From Styela clava (Eukaryota), in assembly GCF_964204865.1 (NCBI RefSeq), contig NC_135262.1, forward strand, positions 2,294,001 to 2,358,000: DNA of 64,000 nucleotides, written 5' to 3'. The notes below the pieces were generated by a model that had not been told where the DNA came from, made no database searches, and saw only the letters and a list, made by a program, of their open reading frames with translations. Positions 1 through 12,700 of the stretch are shown here, in pieces. Both the position numbers and the translations under genes were made by a program. Positions within the stretch are counted from its first letter, which is position 1. Every line of letters begins with the position of its first letter.

Positions 1-169
1 ACACTTATACATGTTGTTTGAGATAGGGCGGATATAATAAAATACGAGAAAAACTTAGTTAAAGAACAATAGGGGTAGGTTGTTGGCTTGGGATATAAAA
101 ATATATTGATCGTTTGAAACATTAAAATAAGAACTTAGTGGAAGGGCGTATTAATGTAGAAAATTATTG

Positions 170-705
170 TTATTTCTGTTCAACGAAAAAATTATGACTC
201 GGCAAAAACTGTTGATTTTGAGGGTTAAAAATATCACAAGCATTCAGTAACGACGTTTCGTCACTTCCTCCAAATACGTCATCATCAATGTCGTCATCAA
301 AAGAACACTTCCGTTTATTTCCCGACATCATATCGTTTATATCCGCGTCCAAAAATTGTTGCAATGCGTTCGGTGAAAGAGTTGGCAGTGGGCAAGGATT
401 AAATTGCGTCATCGATTCGGGTGATGACGCAGACGGCGCTGGTGACGTCATTATTTTTTTTGTAGCGTCTGTAATGTCATCTTTTACAATTGGTGATGTA
501 GAAAATGCATTTGTAGCGTTAAAAGCAGCGCTTAAAATGTCCGCCTTTTCTATATTGGGTATAGGCATCACATGTGAAGCAGTCCCTGGGGACTCCCCCA
601 TTCTGCCGGGGATTGGTGACGACTCGCCGGACGAACTTGACGGCGTTGAGGTAATTGTGGTTGTTGATTTAGGAATGTAGATAACGGGTAGACTTGAATT
701 TGAAT
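170..705 (-). CDS. eomes: T-box gene last coding exon (S/T/P-rich, acidic C-terminus)
   Basis: acceptor ctttctacttcacag|AT in phase 1 runs in frame into the 170..601 ORF, ending ...HNFFVEQK-TAA. Confidence 0.85.
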
Positions 706-3700
706 CTGTGAAGTAGAAAGATTTATTTAATATTGTTTTAATTAAAATATATTTTCGGTAGTTTCGTTGTGTTGCAGCATGATATAAATATTAAAGTAGC
801 CTATATAATTTGATTCAATAGTCTTGCTGCACACTAACACAAAAGTATTTCTGTATAGTTTTGTCTGAACGGGAACAAACTTCTTCAGAGGAAACGTTAC
901 AGAAATACATGCGTGTTAGCGTGCAGCAAGACTCTTGAATTAAATAGTATAGTCAACTTTATTCTTGCCATAGCATCCTTGTGTTACACGCACACGAATC
1001 CTTTCCAATAAAGTTTAATATGGCCAACTGATGGTTACGATAGCCCATAAATATGCTTAAATATTGGATTTGTTTACCAACATCTAATACAGGTTGTGTG
1101 ACATTTTGGGCAATATATTAGATTTTATTCAATTGTTATAAACATAATTAAGGTTTAGCAATTGCATTATATCGCATTTCATGATTGTATAACAGTGTAA
1201 TTCAATATATATATAAAAATTTGTCGCTAAAATTCACAGGTTGTGTGACTTTTATATGGCGAAGCATAGGCGTTACGGAAAAAGTAAAAAAAAATCATAT
1301 AAAACGAACCTTTATTTTGCGTAGATGTGTTAGCTTGCTGGGCTGCTTGTTCTTGGTAGTAACTGCACCTGAAGAAAGTCGGTAGTTGGGTATTGGCACC
1401 GCCTGTAGATAGAAGAAATATTTGTTGATATAACTATCCTGTTTAGCTTGTACAAGTTTGGTTGTAGCGAAGTCATTAGCCCTCAAATGAAAGTGGATAT
1501 ACCAAAGGTACTTTAAATAACTCTAACATGGCTTGGAAAATAGCTAAATGGTAGGGGAGGCCCCATAGTGCATTATTCGGACACATTTTTTCATAGCAAG
1601 TTCACGAGTTTTCGACTTAAGATGGGAGCAAGATATTTCAAACAATGAGTTAACACCACCCACTGAACAGCTAACTAGAAAGGAATGTACAATGTAAATA
1701 CCTTAACCCAAAACATACCATCAATTCTTATTTTAATTAATACTCTTAGTCTCTGTCGCAAATTTAATAGCTTATAACGCGCTAATGTTCGCTATCGACT
1801 GTGCCGTCAGTAATATTTACCATTTAGTTGACGGCTTGGGACGTTAAATTGAGACTTGCGAATACGAATGCAAAGATACAGTACGTCACTTCTATCAAAT
1901 ATCTTTTCACTTTTAGTTTAGGGCTCAGAACATTACTTTGAGCGAACATGTATTGTATACAAATATAAATCTCATAGCACGAAAGCTATTAGATCAGTGG
2001 TCCTCAAACGGTGAGGCGCGTCCCACAGGGGGCGTAGACAATTTTCTTAAGGGGCCTGAAGCTAATTACAAATAAAAATAATTGTTAGATTTGATCTTGC
2101 CTGCCGTATTACGAATATTTACATTTTTTATTGTTTACATTTCTTTATTGTTAAGATATTGCGATTCCATCCACATATTTTCAACGTGTTTTTTGAATAA
2201 AACATACTTTCGTCTTATTATCTGTTATTTGTAGCTTATTGTTAGCTAGTTATTTTAGAGGTGGGGCGCGAGACCCAACTAAAAAGGGGGCATAGCTGGT
2301 CTGTGGCTGTTTCCACTAAAGAAAACTTGCAAAAATAGAACTATAACTACCACCGTACGTACCTTTACTTAAAGCTTCCGTCTTCACCCGGGCCAGGTCA
2401 AAAGGTAACGTGTTGCTCAAAGGTGCAATAGCATTAGGAGGAAAGCACCGATCCACGTTTAATAATTCGTATTTGTCCTGAAATATGTAAATATGATTGT
2501 AATTGATTTATTGATTAATGAGATAGTAAAGTTTACATTTTTACATTTGAAAGTTTTCGTGAATTAAGCGTGGATTTCAAAGTAAATGCATATTGGAACT
2601 ATTACAGGGTGTCCAGAAAATCGCCGATTTTATAATAATGATTAATTATAATTAAAAATTTCTCTTTATTTTATAGTGATAACAATAAAAAAAAATTGTC
2701 TGATTTTATAGTACTAACAATTGTAAGTTTAAACAAATTTTATTGTATGATAAATGGGAACTACAAGCACGACAAGAACTATTAATAAACAAAGACAAAG
2801 AAATTTTCAATTGTCATTACTGTAAAATCGGGTGACTTTTTTTGGGTAATAATGACACTGCGTAGTTGATTGATCAGAGCCGTGTGCAGAGTGACGATGG
2901 GAAAAATAAAATATCTCTTAAGAAACTCGGCTGGCACATGTCTGTATGTAGCATTTCGGTAGAATTGATCAACTTCATTTATCATAACGACTGTCGTTAT
3001 GAAGCAAAATTACATTAGAATATTTTAAATCATGGCCCCAAAACTCTATTTTAAAAACGACATTTCATCCCAAAAACTTTTTGAGCCCACGAAGACAATT
3101 TTCCTATGTTACCTAGGAATAATGATCTTTTTGAAATTTATGATATAAAAGGGGAAAGCGCTGACTGCTACTTTACTCATGTATATGGATCTACTATTTA
3201 TGTAGAATCTCAAGAGGCGAGAGAAAAAATATTCATCACACCAATTTTTTACAAAGTAATAAAAAAGGGCTTAAAGTCACCAACCAGTGGATTTCCATTA
3301 TTAGTCTTCAATCTTTTAGCGCTCGGTGTCTTGATTATATCACTGGATACACTTGGGCCAAAATGATGAACAGTTTTCTTTGACGGATCAGAATGTTGTG
3401 TAGTTGTATCTTTTCCCTCTGACATATTGCTGAGTAATCCTTCCAATTCACGGTCAAAATCGACGTTAGCTAGACTGTTGTTTTCTTCAGTTTTCACATC
3501 AATACCCGCTGTATCTATGGTAGGAATTGTAGTTGAAGATTGGTTTGTGGATAACGCGTCTAGAAGTTTCAAGGAATATGATATAAAGTTAGTAGTGAGA
3601 GGTGAAAAGTATTCGTTTACGTTGCAAGAAGCAACTGTATTAAAGTTTATTGAATTTAAAAATCTTGCTGCACACTAACACGAATATATTTTTGTAACGT

Positions 3701-6700
3701 TTCATATGACCGAGGTCAGACTACTTCAGACAAGCATTTTCGAACTATGACAGAAAAGCGATAGCATGCATATAAATAACCGTTATTAATTGTCAGAATT
3801 CGTGAGTATCTTTTGTTCATCTCATAGTGGGTCATTTGTCCTCGCTTTGGGTCATTTAGTCAAAATGTCTCTGCTACGGGCGAACATACTTACAAAAACG
3901 CAACCTCCACACACAGTCGGTAGTTGAATTATGTATGTCTGAAGAAGTCTGACCTTGGTCAGACGAAACGTTACAGAAATATATTTGTGTTAGTGTGCAG
4001 CAAGACTCTTGAATTACTCCACACACAACGCGTATTTCTATCAATTTCCTTCCGGTAGCTGACTTTGCTGAATTAGGTTGACAATTATATAATGTGTGAC
4101 ATTTGGACTAGCTTTGCGATTGATATTAGACTGTAAGTCTACAGACATTTTACTATATTTAGCGCTTCCTGCATGACCATGTTCCACAATTTCTGATTTG
4201 AAAATATTGGTTATTTCAGCAGATTATATAAGGTGTCCATAAAGGCCTGAATATTTTTTTTTTATTGCAACAGCAATTTATCGATACCGTATATTGTTTT
4301 GACCCTCACAGCTGTATTAAATGAAGTAAAAATACCTAACAATTACTGATTGAAAAACAACAAATCTGGTTAAGATATATTGAGACGGGACTTCATAACA
4401 AAATTGAAAATGTAAAGGAACTTTATGGACATCCTATATATTTACTTACTTCAGCTTTTTAACATCCAAAGTATTCCATTCAGAAATCTTTTATTTTGTT
4501 TTAATTAGCGTGCACACGACTGTTCAGTAAAACTTTGCGCTTATATTTTTCTCAAAGTTTCTGTACGCTTTTAAAAATAAACTTACAAAATATCTGATAT
4601 AAGATTTTCCTACTTTTTTTACATGTACTGTGCCTACGCCTGTTTAGTTAAACTATACGTTTATACTTTTTCTCGTAAATTATATGCGGCTGTTGTGCGC
4701 TGGTTTCAAAAATAAATTTGGCTTGTCATACACGACATTATGACTTTGAACTACAATTTATCAATTCGAGTCAAGGAGAAAAAATACGTGGAAATTATCG
4801 AAAACTGAAACTAAATAAAAAATTTCATCAATCGAGATTTGAATGTGATTTGCGTACAAGGTTTGAAAAATTGGAGATTTGCAAAAAATTGTGAATTTCA
4901 TTCGAAGATAAGTTCGAAATTTCTGGAAATGTATAAAAACTGAAACTAAATAAAAATTCATCAATTGAAAATAGGATTTGCAATTTTGAGTGCGATTCGC
5001 ATATAAGGTTTGAAAAATTAGGAAATTGCGGAAAAAAAAAGGTAATTTGAAATTGACCTTGAATGTCATCTATCAATTCGAGTGTTATAGTCATTAAGTG
5101 TGAATAAAGATCTTGAAATACCCGAAAATTGACAAAACTGAAACTAAAAAAAGAATTCGAGAATGAGATCTGCAATTTTGAATGCGATTCGCATATAAGG
5201 TTTGAAAAATTAGGAAATTGACAAAAAAATTTGAAGTATAAGAGACAAAATGGCGGCGAAAATCGAGCAATTTACTGAAATGAATGGTGGACAGAAAAAA
5301 TTTTAACATTTTAATCGAGTTTTTCTATTTAATTCTTTCAAAATCCTTTTCATTCAAAATTTTCATAATGACTTTTAAAAGATTTTTCTCGAAATGGATA
5401 AAAACTGAAACTAAATAAAAATTCATCAATTGAGAATGAGATTTGCAATTTTGAGTGCGATCTGCATAAAGGTTTGAAAAATTGGGAATTTGCGAAAAAA
5501 AAAGTTAATTCGAAATTGACCTTGAATGTCATCTATCAATTTGAGTGTTATAGTCATTAAGTGTGAATAAAGATCTTGAAATACCCGAAAATTGACAAAA
5601 CTGAAACTAAAAAAAGAATTCATAATTCGAGAATGAGATTTGCAATTTTGAATGCGTTTCACATATGAGGTTTGAGAAATTAGGAATTTGGCAAAAAAAA
5701 TCTGAAATATAGGAGACAAAATGGCGGCGAAAATCGAGCAAGTTACTGAAATGAATATGGTGGACAAAAAAGATTTTAACATTTTAATCGAGTTTTTGTA
5801 TTTAATTCTTTCAAAATCCTTTTCATTCAAAATTTACATAAGTGACTTTCAGCAGATTTTGGTGTTACTAATATTATATCAGAATACCGTCATTCTTGCC
5901 AATAACATTTGTATATTAATGCAAACTAAGCAAATGTGGCTAGCCTATGATGACGAGAAACATTCTCTCCAAGACACAGGCAAAAATATCTCTGTACATA
6001 TCTGCGGCTGGCTGGATACAGTCTTGTTTTGAGCATATGATTAAAAACTTCTTTAGTTTTGAGGTAAAATCTTTTCAACTTTTTGGGGACAAAACTTACA
6101 CAGAAGGTGGTATTTTAACAAATTCTGACATTACTAATATTATTCCATAGTGTTAGTCTTGCCTATATGTACATTTGCCCGTTTTGTAAAAAGAGAGAGA
6201 GAGAATTTATCATTTCGCCAACCATGAAACCAATACTATAAAAAGATTAATAACAAAATAAGCGAATCAAAATTTTCGGTAATGACTGGGAGATAACGTA
6301 GCTTCGGTAATGACTGGGAGATAACGTAGCGGTCATCGAGTCAGTTACCACCTCCGACTATATGACTGAAAGCAGAATTGGGCAAAACCCTTACAGGCCA
6401 GAAAAATTTAGTTCTTTCAAGAACATAGTAGCTCTTCCCATTACAGTGGACGTGGCTGTTTGTCTTGAGCTCTGCTCTGAGCAAAAGTCTAAATATCATA
6501 AAATAATCCTACCTTGAGCTCTCACGAGTTGTGTCATCGTATTTAATTGTTGTTGCATAAAGTGCTTTGCTCTTTGTAATTCCGTATCTTTAACTGGGTT
6601 TTCAACTTTGACTATAGCTTGAGGTTCATTCGCTATTGTTGCGTCATTATTTTGTTGATTCCATGGAGAGGTGACGTCATCAAGTCGTGACGAATCTGGT

Positions 6701-9700
6701 TCGTTTTTATCCGATGGCGACGGTGCACTTTCTACTGATCTAGGGCTTTTAAATATAGGAGAGATAATTGGTAAAACGTGACACATTGTTATGTCACAAA
6801 TATAATTAGGCTCGCAGACGAACTGTCTGTCTCAGATTCGTCTGGTCTGTTTTGGATATTTATTTCTGTCAAGTCATTGACGTGTTATATTAGATTTTAT
6901 AACGAAACTAAACACTGATCTTGGCACATTTATTGCCATTTTTCATATATACTACTTATATTTGAATACTTTTACATAGCACACCATAATTAATTGATAA
7001 TACAGTTTTGCATGGCTGTCATGAAAATCCCACTATTTGAAGTCAAATAACCCCCTACTACTAATGTTCTTAAACTTTTTAAGCCGCGCCCCCTTTTTCG
7101 AATTTGTCAAGTCTCGCGACCCAACTCAAAAATAACTAGCTAACAATGAGCTACGAATAACAGATAGTAAGGCGAAAGTATGTTCTATTCGAAAAAATGC
7201 GTGAATGGAAAGTAAATAATGAAAAAGTTTCGAAACGTAAATATCCGAAATAGGGCGGACAAGGTTAAATCTAACAACTATTTTTATTTTCAATTAGCCT
7301 AACGCCCCCTCAAAAATTGTCTACGACCTCTTGTGGGAGAGGAGACCATCCAAATTACGACTGGAGGCAATACACCCATCTTAACATCTGCTCTTACTAT
7401 ACGAAAGACGCTGCTAGATATGCGTGAGATTTTGATAGAAATTCGGCTTATATACAGAGTGTCCCAAAATAAATGAAACTCGTTAATTAATTCATTTACC
7501 AATTTTGCGGGTTTCATTTATTTTGGGATACTTTTTTTCATGACGTCACACCGTAATTATTACTGCACAAAAGCTTGTATATATGTGTCATCGTTGGACA
7601 ATTTCGTGTTGTCCAAAACACATCTTTTAAAGTCCATTTGGTAAAGTATACAGAGCCGTGTGCTTGCGCCTGTGTACATGCTATCAGCTTTAATTGCTTT
7701 ATGATATAAGATGGGAAATTTAACCATGTCTCTCTTCCAGTCACAACTTTATAAAGGGTATTATGGCGACTTAAGGAAGTTTTAAGAAAATATTCCAGGC
7801 TAATTCTCAGAAATTTTAAATTGAGACGATTGTATTAGTTATTACTTCACAACGTAAAAGTTGGAATTTAAATATTTTTTCTATTCGCCATACATACATG
7901 TATTCAAATATATTTTCAGTTTACCACCATCCTGTTTCATATTCATTTTCTAACAGGAAGCGCGACATTTCATTTTGAAGTTTGACTATTGTATTTATAC
8001 CACGACTTACCCTTCTCTCTTACACTTAACTCATTGTTTATATAAATAATATGACAGGATGCGCGACATTTTATTATAAATTTAAGGTTGACTAATACCT
8101 TCAAACCACGGTTAAATCTCCTGTTGCGCACTGACGTATATCAAAATGATATGACAGGATGCGCGATATTTTATCTCGAGATCAAGGTTGACTATTGCCT
8201 TTATATAAAGACTGAATCTCCCTCCTGCGAGAACTTATGATTAATTGTTTACTAAAATAATATGACAGGATGTGCGACATCTATCTCTAAAATTCAAGGT
8301 TGCCTATTGCCCATAACGCAAGGAGCCAACCTAATTTTCCTGCACTAACTTATGCTTACGGTAATTGCTTAATAAAATAAAGTGGCAGGATACGCGATAT
8401 TTTATTTCAAAATTTAAGGATGCCTTTACATTACATCATAGCCAAACTTCATTCAACTATGGAAAGGTGCATTGGCTTATGTTAGACTTTCTTTTTTAAT
8501 TTTATAAGCACGAATCTTGCCGTCAATTCTGGTCTAGACCGGTGAACGCACGTTTTAAAGAGGTGAAACATCAGACGTTAAGTAACAAGTTGAATTGAAT
8601 TTTAAATATTTCTGTCTGTAGTCTAGACTCTAGACTTCTTTAAATGACAGACACTCAAGCAAAGAGCCGGCTGGGTTAAATTTACTCCAGTAGGTTCATT
8701 GCATTTAAATATCCCTTTTACCGGGCGAATACTTAAACGCCGTAGCTACCAAGAAATGATTGTATAACTAGAAAAATCGTAGGTTTTAAGTCGTACTGGT
8801 CTAAGTCCTACTATTGTATTTAATCAGTCCTTATTACGGTATGGTAAAGAGTTCATACGCTTTGACATTTCTTGGGATAATATTTGAATAAATAAATTTG
8901 AATTCTATGCAAAAAATGCGAATGGTTGCTACCAGCTAACGTACAAAAGAAAAGTATATCGTTTCGAATGTCCTTACATACACGCTTTATCGGGGCAATC
9001 AAACCATGCATAAGAAGGCCTTAAAATTATTCCTCCTATGATATATAGTCTAAGACTTATCAGTTTCTCGACGTAATTTATACGAGTTGAACGCATAGAA
9101 AAACACAACGTTGCGGCACTTTTTTTTCTGAACTTACTGCCTTATTCTCACGAGTAAATCACGACTATTGCGCTCATTGCTTGTCCAGACTATCACCCTC
9201 ACGATTTCCTACATATCTGCCAATCAGGTGTAAATTAAATGACAAGTGAATTATTTCTTGAAGCTGTCGGTTGTCTCGACGGGACCGTTGCCAGAGTTTT
9301 GACTGTCCGACTGGATTTATTTATATTATTATTCACCGAATGAGACACTCACGAGATATCGTGATGGAGCGTCAGGGACGTAGGCCAGGCCAAAGGCTGT
9401 AAACGGGATTTTCAATAGTACCATCAAAGGACCCCCAATGGTCACGCTCCTGTGACGAGTTGTACGGCCGTGGGTTAGAATACGGAAGCTCCCGTCACTC
9501 CTTAATTATTATAAAACCAACTATTATACAGAAAAAATGACGCTGAGGCCAGCTGGTAAAGCGGAAATTAATTTACATATCTTCCAATCAGGTGTAAAAT
9601 AAATGACAAGTGAATTGCTTCTTGAAAATGTCTGTCGTCTGGACAGAACCGTTGCCAGAGTTTTGAATGTCCGACTGGTTTCATTTATATTATTATTCAC

Positions 9701-12700
9701 CGAATTAGACACTCACGAGTTATCGTGATGGCGCGTCAAAGCGTAGGTCAGGCCGGAGCCTGAAAACGTGGGTTCCTGAGTGTCTTGAGGGTCTAAAAAG
9801 CGTTTCAAGCTACAAAAAATAGCTATGTATTATACAGAGAAAGGATTTTTTTACATTTCAAGAGGGGGGGGGGGGTGAGTTCCCCTGGCTCTGAAGTCGT
9901 GGGTTGAAAAACGGAAGCTCCCGTTACTCCTTTATTATAAAAACAACTAAAACACAGAAAAAAATAATAACAAATTCTACTACTGAACATGTTGTGATTT
10001 TTTCAAATGTTTAGATCTTTTGAAAAACGGAAGTTCCCAGTGTTCCATAATGCTAATTAGCTAACTATACACTGAAATATCTCCGTGTTTTTGGATTTTT
10101 CCATGAGCTGTGGCAGTGAGCCATCTATCTGTCGGTCTATTCTTTATCTTAATTCATATAACTTAGAAAAAAAAAAACTAAATACCATATTACAAACTTC
10201 TGAAAATTATTTTTTTAATTTCTCGAACAATTTAGAAGTTCGCCTGAAGTCCCGAGTCCCAAACTAAAAGTAGAATGAGTACTGATAGAAGATTTGCAAA
10301 ACCACTGACGCGCTATACACTATATAAAGAGTTAAAAATTTAGTGGAAAGAGTGTCATCATACCGCTTAACTAAATTCAAACCATGCATATTTGAGAATT
10401 CCCAACATCGGGAGGAATTTGGCGGAACTAAATTATTTATTTAAATAAGTTTCGGTTGGTTAAGATTTGGATTTTTAAAATAAGCTATAATAGGTCTAAC
10501 GAAAATCTCCGAACTTGGTCTCTGAAAAGTCACAAAAATAAATTTTATGAACTTTAAACCAAAATTTGAACATTTCCGTAATAAAGCTATAAATATCCTT
10601 ATGAAATTAGATTTTATAGACTTGTTTCGAAGATTTTGCGATTTTAAATTTATCATTTCATTTTTGGAAAATCAATATGGTGTGTTTCGCTGAGTCACAG
10701 TTACAGAGCGTGACAGTTTTGTTTATAGAAGCACGAGACGAAAATAAAAACAATACAAGATCATTCATTGAAATTCGGGTTCCTATCGCAGTCCTTATAA
10801 TGAGATTTTTATATACGCTTCCTACAAGGCAGGGATATGATACGTATATGGCATAGTATAATACGGCGTTAGTTAGCCCAATTTATCGCTCTCTTTGTGA
10901 GGTACACCGAGTACATGTATTGTCAACGAGGACAAAAATTAGAAAATACTCGCAAAATAAGCGTTAAAATGTTTGCAACGGTTAAGTAATGAAAAAAAAT
11001 TTTCTGGGGTCAATGTTCGGGAAAACATCCATTGCTTATTGTATATATCCATTAAATATTGCATAGCACTTCAACCGTTAATATTTATTAATAATATCAA
11101 TACTACCAGTGAAAAATATCCATTTTACGATAAAACATTAACACGAATTATTAACGAACTTAACTGCACGAAAGGAAGTATTCGACTTCTTACGAGCCTG
11201 GCGTTAAAAGGAAATGAAAAAATTTCATGGAAATAAACCTCATCAAGACATGAATGACTTAACATTCAAAATATTGGAAAATTTTTGTTTGCATCTAACC
11301 CCCCGATTCCGTTTATATTTTCTATCAATAAGATTTTAGATCCTCACCTCCCCCATTTGAAAACTCCTTTCTACGACCCTGATATAGACGTGTACCAGAC
11401 ATTCGAAACATTACCTAACCTATATCCTTTGCTCTTACAATGCGCACGTTTTACTATGAATTACTATTAACCTTTCATTCTAATGTTCATTTCCTATCTC
11501 TGTATAATTGACTACCTAGTTCCGTGTTCCCTAACATATGGGTCGACTGAAAATCTCTCGGGTCGTTTGTTTTTCAAAAATAACTCATTATCCATCTCAA
11601 TTTACATCTAATTTCTTAGAAGAGTTATAGGCGTTTATTATTTGTACATATCCTTGGGTTTCTAGATTTTACAAAACCTTTTTTTTTTTAAATTGGGTCG
11701 CTTGAAAAAAGGGTTAGGAACCACTGACTTAGCTTATGATGACGCTTTTCTCTAACTAGCCAATTCACTCTTATTTCTATGCTATTTCCATTGATAAAAT
11801 GTCCAAACTACTTATACTGTCCGAACTGAATCCGTGTCCAATAGCCGTCTATCTATAAGAAACCAATCTGCCAGAAACCAGCGGAAATGCATTGCGTTGT
11901 ATCGATCCTATGTCTGGGACGGTGCACAAATAGTCGTGATCTTATATTATATATGATTACGCAAACTATAAGCACGAACACAGACTGGTTTGCAAATTAC
12001 ACGTATATTTGAAAAATTGAGAAATGAAATTATTAAATATTGCGAAACTAAGCATTCGAGTCGAAACAAACATTTTGCCAAAATCAAATATCCGAATTTC
12101 TAGACTTTATGATTAGAATTATCAAATATTTCAGCCTGAGAATAAATATCATTCATGCAGGGCAGACAAATGTAAACTGGTATAAATTATTTGCGAAATT
12201 GCGAAGCAATTTTATTTAAAAGGTTTCATATAATCAAAAGTGTCGTCAATTCAACGTTTTGATTAACGATTTTAAAAATTGAATATTATATGATTCGATT
12301 CGCTTTTGTATAATTTGGCCGATCGTCATTGTAACAAAATGCCAATACACATTTGGATTGGTATTCGCCGAATTCCCGACTCGTCTGCGTTTGCAACCAA
12401 GGGCGTGGCCAGAATTTTTTTAAGAGGGGGGGGGGAGTATTTTTGTTTAAACCCCAAATACATTTGGCGAGTTCGATACTTTTAACCAGTCGTGACTTTG
12501 GTTCTATATCATAGTACATGCTAAATCGGTTTAGTGAGAATACTCGAAATGCTATACTAGCGCCCGCAATTAAATACGTCACTCGACCAAGTTTTAGTTG
12601 AGATTCAAATTTTTGCGACTCGGCTTATAAGCAATGGCAAGACAGTCAACCCATAGTATCTAAATATTTCATTGCAAACTGTCTAACATAACATATTAAA

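Noticed and set aside
288-680. 130-aa plus-strand ORF (also 3427-3678, 15837-16076, 17316-17522, 18346-18603, 42265-42789, 47831-48022, 62815-63380)
   Set aside because: Mostly antisense shadows of real minus-strand exons (15837-16076 is intronic); no independent homology
4761-6032. Cluster of 60-134-aa Phe/Ile-rich ORFs
   Set aside because: Translations of the tandem repeat; the same peptide text recurs
7950-8425. CRISPR-like look (conserved motif with variable spacers)
   Set aside because: Eukaryotic intron, imperfect repeats, spacers homologous to each other, no cas genes
9551-9575. AGCTGGTAAAGCGGAA resembles miR-133-5p
   Set aside because: No complementary 3p arm or hairpin
10075-10165. 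Extra T-box exon after a strong pyrimidine tract
   Set aside because: All three frames from the tttttctaag acceptor hit stops; exon 7 joins exon 8 in phase without it
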